From positions 8,547 through 72,546 of the forward strand of contig JAISEM010000023.1 of the NCBI GenBank assembly GCA_031264105.1: a DNA stretch of 64,000 nucleotides, read 5' to 3'. Under the pieces are notes generated by a model that was given only the letters and a program-made list of their open reading frames with translations, was not told the origin of the DNA and searched no databases. The DNA comes from Endomicrobium sp. (GTDB lineage: Bacteria; Elusimicrobiota; Endomicrobiia; Endomicrobiales; Endomicrobiaceae). Shown here piece after piece: positions 1-9,872 of the stretch (position 1 is the stretch's first letter; every line of letters begins with the position of its first letter). Made by a program: the position numbers and the translations under genes.

Positions 1-917
1 GCTCTGATAAACCTGATACAAGATTTGCAATGGAAATAAGGGATTTCTCAACAGAACTTAGAGATTGCGGATTTAGTGTTTTCTCGTCTGTTGTATCTAA
101 AGGCGGTATTGTAAGAGGCTTATGTATTCCAAAAGGAGCTTCTTTTTCAAGATCAGAAATTGACGGACTCACAAAATTTGTAGGAGAATATGGCGCTAAA
201 GGCTTAGCTTGGATGAAAATTACTGAATCTGGCGCAGAATCTAACATAGTTAAATATTTTAAAGATGAAGAAATAAAAACAATAATATCAAAGCTTGGTG
301 CTAATCCATATGATTTAGTTGTTTTCCTTGCAGATGAAGAAAAAATTGTTGCTCAAGGTCTTGGCGCATTAAGACTTAAAATGGGTAAAGATTTTGGCCT
401 TATAGACAAATCTAAATTTAATTTCTTATGGATTGTAGATTTTCCTCTTATGGAATGGGATAAACAAGAGCAGAGATGGCAGGCATTACATCACCCATTT
501 ACTTCACCTCAAGACGCAGCTTCACTAAACAAAGAAAATGCTGGCACTGCAAAAGCTAGAGCGTATGATGTTATTTTGAATGGCGTTGAACTTGGCGGAG
601 GTTCTATAAGAATACACAGAAGCGACATTCAAAAGAAAATTTTTGATATTCTAAATATTTCAGATGAATCTGCAAAAGAGAAATTTGGTTTCTTGCTTGA
701 TGCGTTGACATATGGCGCCCCTCCACACGGTGGATTGGCTTTGGGTTTTGACAGAATGTGCGCGTTGATGGCTGGAGAAGATTCTATAAGAGAAGTAATA
801 GCATTCCCTAAGACTCAAAAAGCCTTTGATCCTCTTTCAAATGCTCCGGCTCCGGTAAGCGAAAAACAGCTTAAAGAATTAGGCGTGCGAATTGTTGTCA
901 AACAAGCAAGGGCTTAA
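1..917 (+). CDS. aspS: Aspartate--tRNA ligase, C-terminal part (truncated by window edge)
   Basis: GAD insertion (GAKGLAW), HHPFTSP, YDVILNGVELGGGSIRIH, GAPPHGGLALGFDR, IREVIAFPKT. Confidence 0.97.
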   Translation, partial: SDKPDTRFAMEIRDFSTELRDCGFSVFSSVVSKGGIVRGLCIPKGASFSRSEIDGLTKFVGEYGAKGLAWMKITESGAESNIVKYFKDEEIKTIISKLGANPYDLVVFLADEEKIVAQGLGALRLKMGKDFGLIDKSKFNFLWIVDFPLMEWDKQEQRWQALHHPFTSPQDAASLNKENAGTAKARAYDVILNGVELGGGSIRIHRSDIQKKIFDILNISDESAKEKFGFLLDALTYGAPPHGGLALGFDRMCALMAGEDSIREVIAFPKTQKAFDPLSNAPAPVSEKQLKELGVRIVVKQARA

Positions 918-947
918 TTTTGTTTTGCATACGATGCAGAGGAATAA

Positions 948-2349
948 ATGAATAATTTATTTAATAGTGTAAAGTCTTGGGCGGGAAGCTTTCTCTTAAA
1001 ACTTGCTAGAGATCTTAAAACTTATGACTATCCCAATGGATCCGTCATATCCGTCATAGGGGAATCAAAAAACTTATTTCATAGAGAAATAAAAATACCT
1101 GTATTCATTTCTTTCCTATTTACAGTAGCAGCTATTTACATCATGCTTGTAATGGGCGTTGGTATAAGCTCAAAAGTAATGCTTGCAGCGGCTATTTTCA
1201 CTTCTGCAGTTATCGTTTTTTTTTATAGCCCAAATTCAAAATAGAGAAAAAGTTATTTTAGGAGATAATGATGCAGTCGTTTTAATGTGCCTGCTCTTTA
1301 TAACTTCTCTTTTAACTTTTCAGATTGCAAAAGAATATTTATCTCCTTTTGCATCTCCAGTTTCTGCATTTTCAATCATGTCGGCAATGCTACTGTCGTC
1401 AAGATTAGGCAGCGTATATGCCATGCCGTATGTTTAAGTTTATATGCAGCATTTTTAAACGATATGCGCTTTGACGTTTTTCTTACAATGCTTGGAGGCG
1501 CAATTTTTGTAGTCGCAAATGTACATACAATCCGTAAAAGATCTGATTTTATAAATGTTGGCGTTAAGACTGTTATTGCTAATATAGCGTTGTTATTTAT
1601 GTTTTATTTTATTGGCAATTACGATGTTTTTCAATTTAAATACAATCTTTTCTATGGTATTTTAGATGGAATTTTCTCTATGGTTATTTTATTAGTTTTT
1701 ATGCCTTTATTTGAAAAGATTTTTTCAAGAACTACAAATATAAAGCTAGTAGAACTTTCAGATTTTAATAATTCTTTGCTTAAAAGGCTTATGCTTGAAG
1801 CGCCAGGGACTTACCATCATTCAATTATGACTGCTGATATTGCTGAACAAGCGGCAAATGTTTTGGGTGAAAACTCGCTTTTAGCAATGGTAGGTTCTTA
1901 TTATCATGATATAGGCAAGCTCAAGAAGCCTTTATACTTTATAGAAAATCAGTCTCTTGGGTATAACCCTCATGATAATTTGAATCCTGAAATGTCGCGA
2001 CTTATTCTAATATCACATGTTAAAGAAGGCGTTGTTCTTGCAAAAAAATATAATGTAGATAATGAAATAATAAATATAATAGAACAACATCATGGTACGA
2101 CTATCATGCATACTTTTTATCATAGATCTTTAGAATCCGGATTGCATACCGACGTAGAGCGCTTCAGATATCCAGGACCAAAGCCAGCTACAAAAATTGC
2201 TGCTATAATAATGCTGGCGGATTCTTGCGAAGCGGCATGTCGTAGTATAGACGATCCTACCTCTAACGTTAAAAGACTTAGAACTAATGAGAGATAGTAT
2301 TATTTCCACTATTATGAGTATATATCATGCGCGAATTGAATACAAATAA
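948..2349 (+). pseudogene. 7TM-HD (HDIG) phosphohydrolase, PgpH-like; frameshifted and internally deleted
   Basis: Split over three ORFs, with shifts at the T9 run 1216-1224 and near 1422. Motifs: EAPGTYHHS, YYHDIGK, HVKEG, EQHHGTT, FRYPGPKP, ADSCEAA. The expected C-terminus PLTLKDLELMRDSIISTIMSIYHARIEYK* lies in another frame, ending at 2349. Confidence 0.88.
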
Positions 2350-2761
2350 GAAGTTCATAGATTTTATTAACTTCCCAAAAGAATATGTTGAAACTTTAAA
2401 ACAAGCAGCAGAGCTTGCTTTAAAATCTGAAAAAAAGAAAAAGTATCAAATAAATTTTATAATGGTGAGCGATGAAGAGATAAAAAAATTGAACATAAAA
2501 TACAGAAAAGTAAAACGCATAACGGACATTATATCTTTTTTAATAATCCCTGAATTTTTTGCAGGAGATATATACATACCAAAAAAGCGTACTCAGAAAC
2601 AAGCAAAAAAATATGAGAACAGCTGGCAGCAGGAGTTGGCGTATCTTGTTATACACGGTGTACTACATCTTTGCGGATACACTGATTACGACGTTGAAAA
2701 TAAATCTAAAATGTTTGCAAAACAGGATAAAATATTCCAATGTCTATTTTCGCAAGCATAG
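2327..2761 (+). CDS. ybeY: rRNA maturation RNase YbeY
   Basis: LNIKYR..TDIISF, GDIYI, HGVLHLCGY metal motif; typical HD-ybeY-CNNM-recO context. Confidence 0.9.
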   Translation: MRELNTNKKFIDFINFPKEYVETLKQAAELALKSEKKKKYQINFIMVSDEEIKKLNIKYRKVKRITDIISFLIIPEFFAGDIYIPKKRTQKQAKKYENSWQQELAYLVIHGVLHLCGYTDYDVENKSKMFAKQDKIFQCLFSQA

Positions 2762-3747
2762 TCGCTTTTGTTTTTCTTTTAATTGTTTCAGCTTGGATAT
2801 CTGCAGCTGAAATAGGTATTACAAGTTTGTCCAAGTATAGAATCAAAAAGCTTATAGTCCAAACTCCTAGTATTTCTAAACATTTATTATCTTGGCTTGA
2901 ACAGCCTTATTATCTTCTTACAATTATTCTTACTGTAAATACTATAGCTGATATTCTGACAAGTTTTGTTTCAGCATATTTTATGACTAAATTGCTGTAC
3001 ATGGTCAATAGAAATATCGTTGATATTCTTACTTGGATTATAACGTCTTCTCTTATTTTAGTGTTTGGGGAACTTGTTCCAAAATTTTATGCCAGATCAA
3101 ACTCTGAGAAAATTACTGTTATGTCGGTACCTATCCTTTCTAAAATAGACAAAATATTAAAACCATTTATATATCCATTTATTAAAATCACGGAATTTTT
3201 ATCTCCAAAAACTGAAGCTGTTGGGAAACCTTCTTATGCTCTAAGCGAAGAAGAAGTCAAGATTCTCCTTTCAGAAGGAGGACATAGTGGAGAAATAGAT
3301 AAAGAAACTGGAGTTATGCTTGAAAGAGTTTTATGTTTTGGCGGGTTATTAGTAAAAAAAATAATGATTCCGTTTGAAGATATAGACTCAGTAGATTTAT
3401 CTTTAGAAGATGAACAATTTTTGGATATAGCTGTTGAAACTTCAAGGAGCAGAATCCCTGTTTATCTTAAATCAAAAGACAATATTATAGGATATGCACA
3501 TATAAAGGACATTTTAGAATTGTGGCAAGGAAATAAGGGGCATTTTATACGCTCGCTTGTTAAAGAACCATATTATATAGGTGAAGATCAAAAAGTAAAT
3601 GAATTGCTAAAAAACTTTCAAAGCGGTAAAACCCATATAGCTTTTGTAAAAGATAAAAATGACAATATAGCAGGTATGGTTACTCTTGAAGATATATTAG
3701 AAGAAGTTGTTGGAGAAATTCTTGATGAATACGATTACGAACCATGA
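2740..3747 (+). CDS. CNNM/DUF21 + CBS pair protein (HlyC/CorC family)
   Basis: SAAEIGITSL, FGELVPK, SRIPVY, GMVTLEDILEEVVGEI. Confidence 0.9.
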   Translation: MSIFASIVAFVFLLIVSAWISAAEIGITSLSKYRIKKLIVQTPSISKHLLSWLEQPYYLLTIILTVNTIADILTSFVSAYFMTKLLYMVNRNIVDILTWIITSSLILVFGELVPKFYARSNSEKITVMSVPILSKIDKILKPFIYPFIKITEFLSPKTEAVGKPSYALSEEEVKILLSEGGHSGEIDKETGVMLERVLCFGGLLVKKIMIPFEDIDSVDLSLEDEQFLDIAVETSRSRIPVYLKSKDNIIGYAHIKDILELWQGNKGHFIRSLVKEPYYIGEDQKVNELLKNFQSGKTHIAFVKDKNDNIAGMVTLEDILEEVVGEILDEYDYEP

Positions 3748-4760
3748 TGCTTATTATATTTAAAATCATCTTTTTCTTTGTTTTATTATTAATACTTGCT
3801 TTTTTCAGCGGTTCTGAAACTGCTGTTACAAGCTTATCTGCATCTTTTTTGAGAAAAATAAAAGAAATAGGAATAAAATATTCGAAAATTGTAACTTTTT
3901 GGGAAAATAACTTTCAACAGGTTATGACAGCTATGGTAATTGGGATAAACTTGTCTATAGTAGGTATGAGTATTGTTCTCTCATCTCTTGCGATTGATAT
4001 TTCAGACTATTACAAAATAAACAGCGACATTTTAAATTTTTCTTTTCCATTTCTTTCAATATTGTTAGCGTTAACCATAGGCAATATTTTTCCAAAAACC
4101 ATAGCAAGATACAACTCTGAAAAGTGGGGAATATTTGTTTTGCCTATAATAATAAAATTTGCATCGCTTTTTAGAATTATAATTAATTATTTATTGAAAG
4201 TTTCAAATAAAATAATGAAAACATTTTTTAGGCGCAATGAAAGTGGGTACATCAAAGCCGATGAAATAGACTTTTTATTATCAAATGAAAACACTTCACC
4301 TCTTTCATACGAATCTAGAGAACTTGTAAGCAATATAATGGATTTTAAAAATATGAAAGTATCTCAAGTGATGATGCCTGTCTCAGAAATTTTTGCTGTA
4401 GACACAGATATGCCTAAAGAAGAGCTGATCAAAAAAATTATTAACACAAAATATTCAAGAGTTCCAATATACAGCAAAGATATAAGCAATATAATAGGAA
4501 TAATATATACAAAAGATTTGGCAGTTGCTTGGCGCAATTCTGACATTATAGTTATTGAAGATTTAATACGTCCTGTATATTTTGCTCCTGAAAATTCAAA
4601 AATCAGCAAAGTTCTTAAAGAGTTTAAAACAGGTAGGCATCATATAGCCATAGTAGTAGACGAGTTTGGCTATACTGTAGGCCTTGTTTCAATAGAAGAC
4701 TTATTAGAGGAAATTGTAGGAGATGTTTGGGATGAACATGATTTAGAGAAAAAACTATAA
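3744..4760 (+). CDS. CNNM/DUF21 + CBS pair protein; CorC domain split off by a frameshift
   Basis: FFSGSETAVTSL, YSRVPIY, VVDEFG..GLVSIEDLLEEIVGDV; stop just after the A6 run 4749-4754. Confidence 0.88.
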   Translation: MMLIIFKIIFFFVLLLILAFFSGSETAVTSLSASFLRKIKEIGIKYSKIVTFWENNFQQVMTAMVIGINLSIVGMSIVLSSLAIDISDYYKINSDILNFSFPFLSILLALTIGNIFPKTIARYNSEKWGIFVLPIIIKFASLFRIIINYLLKVSNKIMKTFFRRNESGYIKADEIDFLLSNENTSPLSYESRELVSNIMDFKNMKVSQVMMPVSEIFAVDTDMPKEELIKKIINTKYSRVPIYSKDISNIIGIIYTKDLAVAWRNSDIIVIEDLIRPVYFAPENSKISKVLKEFKTGRHHIAIVVDEFGYTVGLVSIEDLLEEIVGDVWDEHDLEKKL

Positions 4761-5005
4761 TCCCAACTAAAGGAAGCAAATATATTATACAAGCATATGA
4801 GTCAATAACAAATGTTAACGATAAATTGGATATTGATATTCCAGAAGGAAACTATTCAACAATTAATGGTTGGATTTTAGAAATATTTGGTAGAATTCCT
4901 CAAGAGGGTGAAAAAGTCAACTGGAATGGATATTCAATAGAAATACAAGACGCTGATTCTAAAAAAGTAAAGAGAATAGTTTTAAAAAAATGTATTACAC
5001 AATAA
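4754..5005 (+). pseudogene. Out-of-frame CorC/HlyC transporter-associated domain of the preceding gene
   Basis: Alternative frame reads TIIPTKGSKYIIQAYESITNVNDKLDIDIPEGNYSTINGWILEIFGRIPQEGEKVNWNGYSIEIQDADSKKVKRIVLKKCITQ*. Confidence 0.85.
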
Positions 5006-5640
5006 ATGGTCTTGTTCTTAACTCCAAAATTCAGGGAGAATATGACAAACTTGCCACAATTTACTCTTACCAGTGGGGTAAAATTCAAGCTGTTGTCCCA
5101 AGCGCAAAAAAAATAGCTGCAAGACTTTCTTTTGCTACAGAACCTCTCACAGAAAGTGAGTTTCACGTTTTTAATAGCCATCAATCAATAAGGCCAAAAA
5201 TCACAGGGGCAAGTATTGTTAACAATAATACAAAAATAAAAAAAGATTTCATGCGCAATTTATACGCACTATATGCATGTGAAGTAAGTGATAAATTTGC
5301 ACCTTTTTACCTTGAAAATGTCCAAAAATATAATTTGATAGTAAGAATTTGGGAAATACTTGGAATCTGTAAAAACCCCAAAAGAGCTTTAGTTGCATTT
5401 ATATTGCGATTTTTAAAGCTTTCAGGGTATTCGTTTACAGACTATATAAAAAACAACAAGACTTTTATTGACACAAATATAATTATGGCTATAAAAAAAC
5501 TTTCAAGCTGTTCCGGTAGTGACGTAGATGCTTTCACTGAAATAGAAGACGACAAAGTTTGGAATTATGTTGAGTCTTATCTAACCAATTACATACGTTA
5601 CCCTGTTACAAGTATTTTTCTTGAGAAGCTAAACGCCTAA
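4990..5640 (+). CDS. recO: DNA repair protein RecO
   Basis: GLVLNSKIQGEYDKLATIYSYQWGKIQAVVPSAKK N-terminal OB fold; follows ybeY/CNNM. Confidence 0.85.
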   Translation: MYYTINGLVLNSKIQGEYDKLATIYSYQWGKIQAVVPSAKKIAARLSFATEPLTESEFHVFNSHQSIRPKITGASIVNNNTKIKKDFMRNLYALYACEVSDKFAPFYLENVQKYNLIVRIWEILGICKNPKRALVAFILRFLKLSGYSFTDYIKNNKTFIDTNIIMAIKKLSSCSGSDVDAFTEIEDDKVWNYVESYLTNYIRYPVTSIFLEKLNA

Positions 5641-5849
5641 TGCTCAAGTTTATCAAGAAGATTCAAACAGAGACTATTTAAGAACATGGAGGTAAACTCT
5701 AGTAAAACAAAGAAAAATTGCTTTCAGGAGCGCACAAGCATCACCAATATGACTTTTCTGAATTGGGAATGCCCATTACCTTCCTTCAAAATGAGAATCT
5801 AAACGATAACTTCAGGCACCAGTAACTAAGTTTACCAAAAAGTTGGTTC

Positions 5850-6433
5850 AAAATGACTATGATCTTTGTATGATGCTGTTGTGGATAATACTATGAGTTC
5901 CGCCATAACAATTATTATTATCTATTGTACCTGATACAAATCCGCCTGGAGCATCAAATTGAAACATCATGTGAAGTCGCCACTATCTTTAATGTTTGTA
6001 TCTCCAGTGCTAATTCTAAAATACTTGTGGCCATCATGTGCATACTGACTAGATTCATCACCTTCAAAAGCATAAACCCACAAATTTGCTCCATCTATGG
6101 TACCTAGAAATGCTCCATTTCCGCCATTACTTGTATTACCTGGACGGCAATCTCCCTCTCTTGATTGCATAGACACTAAGACTAAATTTTTTTGAAGATC
6201 ATTATCATTTTTTCTAAAAATAAATTCGTATTCATTAGAATTTGCTGTTAGTGTCGCAGACATTAGCTCTATTTTATCACCAATGCTAAAATTAATTGGA
6301 GCGTATGATACAGTAACAGGAGCAGTCCTTAAGTGTGCCCCGACATTTTTAGCACCTAAATTCCCTTTCTTAACACGGGAAACAAATGCAAAAGATATTA
6401 CTAAAAAAAGAAACCAAACAAAAATTTTTTCAC
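5850..6433 (-). pseudogene. Remnant of a secreted or lipoprotein-like hypothetical protein
   Basis: GGAGGA RBS and GTG at 6433. Signal-like MKKFLFGFF/LVISFAFVS is broken at a T7 run, then continues in frame into ORF 5967..6263; further shifts and stops downstream. Confidence 0.5.
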
Positions 6434-6558
6434 TTTCTCCTCCTATTATTTATCTATAGATTCAATATATTATAAGCAATAAAAAAAGTTATTGTTGTTA
6501 TTTTGAAAAATTTTTGTAAAGATAAAGCTTTTTAGAGGCATTAATATCCACAAATAAA

Positions 6559-6587
6559 TTGACAATATTTACTGAAGTTAGTATACT
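6559..6587 (+). promoter_or_regulatory. sigma70-type promoter upstream of amtB-glnK
   Basis: TTGACA (6559-6564), 17-bp spacer, TATACT (6582-6587). Confidence 0.7.
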
Positions 6588-6740
6588 CCCTATGTTTAGT
6601 TTGTAAACCTAATGAAATAAAGTGCAAAAATATAGATATTTAGTTTTTTGAGGTCTATAAAATTTATATAAATAAAAAATGTATATGAAAAATCTCAAAA
6701 AATACATTATTTTGGCATTTTTTGCTAAGGAGGATATGGG

Positions 6741-7970
6741 ATGTTTAGCGCAGGAGACACGGCTTTTATTATTATTTGTACAGCGTTAGTTATTCTTATG
6801 ACGCCAGGACTTGCATTTTTTTATGGTGGTATGGGACGCAGAAAGAATATGGTCAACAACTTAATGAACTCAGCTTTTATAATGGGCTTGGGGGTAGTTT
6901 TGTATATGTTGATTGGATATTCTTTATCTTTTGGTGAAAGCATCAATCCTTTTATAGGTTCTTTAAAAAATTTATGCCTTTTTGGAATAAATGCAGACTC
7001 TCTTTTTGGTTCAATTCCAACTTTTGCTTTTGTTGCATTCCAAATGGCTTTTGCTCTTATAACACCTGCGATCATCACTGGTTCTGTAGCAGGAAGAATG
7101 AGATTTAAAGCGCTGTTTTTTTTTATAGCTTTATGGTCTGTATTTGTATATTATCCTTTGGCGCATATGGTTTGGGGTGGTGGATTAATAGGTGGTACTA
7201 TAGGTGCTTTAGACTTTGCCGGTGGCGATGTTGTACACATAAGCTCAGGAACTACTGGTTTAATCCTTGCTATTTTCCTTGGCAAAAGAGTAGATTATAT
7301 GCAAGTTTCCTATAGAATGCACAGTATACCGTTTGTTTTTTTAGGTATGGGATTATTGCTATTTGGATGGTTTGGTTTTAACTCTGGTAGTGCTCTTGCT
7401 GCAAACAGTCTTGCAGCTCATGCGTTTATGGCAACAGCTGTGGCTTCTTCTGCAGGAATGTTAGTTTGGATTTTATTGGATATAATTAAAACTGGCAAAT
7501 CTACTCTTATAGGTGCATGTACTGGTCTTATAGCAGGATTAGTCAGCATTACGCCTGCAGCTGGATTTGTTGATATATGGGCAGCTTTAATAATAGGTTT
7601 GACAGTAAGCCCTGTTTGTTATTGTGGTATAGCTCTTATTAAAAGAGTGTTTAAAATTGATGATGCTTTTGATGCTTTCGGTTGCCACGGTATAGGCGGT
7701 GTTTGGGGTGGAATATTTACAGGGGTTTTTGTAAATCCATCAATTAATGGCGGCAAACCAGGACTTATTTATGGTGAAGTTGCTCAGTTTTTTGCCCAAA
7801 TTGAAGGGATACTTATAACTTTTGTAATTGTTGTATTAGGGACATTAATTTGTGCAGGTATTGTCAAACTGTTAACGCCTTTAAGAGTTGATAGAAGAGA
7901 AGAATTGATAGGTTTAGATATATCTGAGCATGGTGAGAGCGCATACCCGTCATTTACAGGATTGGATTAG
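6741..7970 (+). CDS. amtB: Ammonium transporter
   Basis: MTPGLAFFYGG, DFAGGDVVH, FGWFGFNSGS, DAFGCHG (twin His), GLDISEHGESAY. Confidence 0.96.
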   Translation: MFSAGDTAFIIICTALVILMTPGLAFFYGGMGRRKNMVNNLMNSAFIMGLGVVLYMLIGYSLSFGESINPFIGSLKNLCLFGINADSLFGSIPTFAFVAFQMAFALITPAIITGSVAGRMRFKALFFFIALWSVFVYYPLAHMVWGGGLIGGTIGALDFAGGDVVHISSGTTGLILAIFLGKRVDYMQVSYRMHSIPFVFLGMGLLLFGWFGFNSGSALAANSLAAHAFMATAVASSAGMLVWILLDIIKTGKSTLIGACTGLIAGLVSITPAAGFVDIWAALIIGLTVSPVCYCGIALIKRVFKIDDAFDAFGCHGIGGVWGGIFTGVFVNPSINGGKPGLIYGEVAQFFAQIEGILITFVIVVLGTLICAGIVKLLTPLRVDRREELIGLDISEHGESAYPSFTGLD

Positions 7971-8003
7971 TATATGTTATTATAATATGCGGAGGAAAAA
8001 TAT

Positions 8004-8348
8004 ATGATAAAAATTGAAGCTATAGTTAGGGAAGAAAAATTAGAAGATATAAAGGAAGCACTTGCTAAAATAGAAGTTAATGGCGTTACTGTTTCGCAAG
8101 TTATGGGTTGTGGAAAGCAGAAGGGCTATCAAGAGCTTGTGCGCGGCATGGAAGTAAGTATTACTATGCTTCCAAAAATTAAATTTGAAATTATAGTATC
8201 TTCCGAAGAATGGGAGCAAAAGACCATAAAAGCTATACAAGAAGCAGCTTTTACAGGTAATCCTGGCGATGGCAAAATATTCAGTTACGATTTGCGAAAT
8301 GTTATGAGAGTGCGTACTAAAGAAATAGGTACTGCAGCTATAAACTAG
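8004..8348 (+). CDS. glnK: P-II family nitrogen regulator
   Basis: GCGKQKG T-loop, TGNPGDGKIF, RVRT; adjacent to amtB. Confidence 0.92.
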   Translation: MIKIEAIVREEKLEDIKEALAKIEVNGVTVSQVMGCGKQKGYQELVRGMEVSITMLPKIKFEIIVSSEEWEQKTIKAIQEAAFTGNPGDGKIFSYDLRNVMRVRTKEIGTAAIN

Positions 8349-8391
8349 CTAGCATTTGAGTATTTATCTTTATATAATATAACTTTTACGT

Positions 8392-8424
8392 CAACTTGTA
8401 TTATGCAAATCATGATACAAGTTG
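8392..8424 (+). terminator. Hairpin downstream of glnK (terminator or stabilising stem)
   Basis: CAACTTGTATTATG-caaat-CATGATACAAGTTG inverted repeat; U-tail weak. Confidence 0.5.
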
Positions 8425-8471
8425 CCTTATTCTTAAGAATGATAATTATTTTTAAAAAGGAATGATAAGGA

Positions 8472-9788
8472 ATGATAATGGAAGATTCTTCAAAAGATCT
8501 TTTTTCATCAAGATGGGGGTTTATTTTTGCTGCAGCAGGTTCTGCTATAGGTATGGGTAATATTTGGTTGTTCCCTTACAGAGCTGGCGAGCTTGGAGGT
8601 TTTGCATTTTTGGTCGCCTATATTGCTTGCGTTTTCGTTTTAGGGTTAATAGCTGTTATCGGTGAAATAACTTTTGGCAGGCTTACAGGCAAAGGCCCTA
8701 TGGGAGCTTTTAAAAAAGCTTTAAGGTTAAGTGGCGGTCATAATAAAGCAGGTGAATTGATAGGTTGGATTCCTGTTGTAGTAATCTTTATTATTAGCCT
8801 TGGATATGCTGTTGTAGTTGCTTGGGTTTTACGCTTTCTTGCTGGTTCTATGACTGGAGCAGCTTTTTCTGCTCCTAACAGTATTGTTTACTTTGAATCA
8901 ATTTCTAGTAGTGGTGTTGCTGTTTGGATTATTTTAACACTTTTCCTTGTAGGACTGGCCATGTTTGGCGGTGTAGAAAAAGGCATTGAGAAATTAAATA
9001 AATTTATGATGCCTGCTTTTTTTATATTATTTTTGTTCTTAGTTATAAGAGTATCTTTCCTTCCAGGAGCTATAGAAGGTTATAAATTTATGTTTGTACC
9101 TAAAACTGATATGCTTTTCAATTCAAGAACTTGGATTTTGGCTTTAGGTCAATCTTTTTATTCTCTTTCTATTTTAGGATCAATACTTATAGTATATGGT
9201 TCTTACGCTAGAAAAAGTGAAGATATTATATATTCAGCAAAAAGTGTTGCTATTTTAAGTACGCTTGCTTCAATATTTGCTTCTTTGGCAATAATACCAG
9301 CAATATTTTCTTTTGGAAAAAATTTAAATTCAGGCCCTTCTCTAATGTTTGTTACAATTCCTGATATTTTTAAAACTATTCCCATGGGACAGCTTTGTAT
9401 GCTAATCTTTTTTGTAGCTGTTTTTTTTGCAGCTATAACATCGCTTATAAGTATAATTGAAGTTATAGTAGAAACTTTGCAAAGTAAGTTTAAAATGAGT
9501 CGTTTGAATGCTGTTTTGATTGCAGTAACAATAGCTTCTATTTTCAGTACTCTTGCCGATGGGCGTATAGATGGGTTAATGGACATTTTACAGATTCATT
9601 TAGTTCCATTTTGTGCTCTAATAACAGGTATTTTTGTTTTTTGGATTTTACCGTCAAAGAGAGTTATAGAAGAAATCCAAAGTGGTCGTTCTATTATGGT
9701 TAGTAAATGGCTTATATCAGTTGGGCGTTATGTTTTTTGTGGACTTGTAATCGTAATTTATATATTTAATTCGCTTCATTTAGGTTAA
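8472..9788 (+). CDS. Sodium-dependent transporter, NSS/SNF (LeuT-like) family
   Basis: FSSRWGFIFAAAGSAIGMGNIWLFPY, GVEKGIEK, ALGQSFYSLS, FFAAITSLIS. Confidence 0.93.
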   Translation: MIMEDSSKDLFSSRWGFIFAAAGSAIGMGNIWLFPYRAGELGGFAFLVAYIACVFVLGLIAVIGEITFGRLTGKGPMGAFKKALRLSGGHNKAGELIGWIPVVVIFIISLGYAVVVAWVLRFLAGSMTGAAFSAPNSIVYFESISSSGVAVWIILTLFLVGLAMFGGVEKGIEKLNKFMMPAFFILFLFLVIRVSFLPGAIEGYKFMFVPKTDMLFNSRTWILALGQSFYSLSILGSILIVYGSYARKSEDIIYSAKSVAILSTLASIFASLAIIPAIFSFGKNLNSGPSLMFVTIPDIFKTIPMGQLCMLIFFVAVFFAAITSLISIIEVIVETLQSKFKMSRLNAVLIAVTIASIFSTLADGRIDGLMDILQIHLVPFCALITGIFVFWILPSKRVIEEIQSGRSIMVSKWLISVGRYVFCGLVIVIYIFNSLHLG

Positions 9789-9801
9789 AAGAATATTTAC
9801 A

Positions 9802-9845
9802 AACAAATCCCGCAAAAGCTTTTTACAGCTTTTGCGGGATTTGTT
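9802..9845. terminator. Likely bidirectional intrinsic terminator between convergent NSS transporter and mnmA
   Basis: Perfect 19-bp inverted repeat AACAAATCCCGCAAAAGCT / AGCTTTTGCGGGATTTGTT. Confidence 0.85.
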
Positions 9846-9872
9846 GTTAAGGTTGTCTCTATTCTAAATAAA

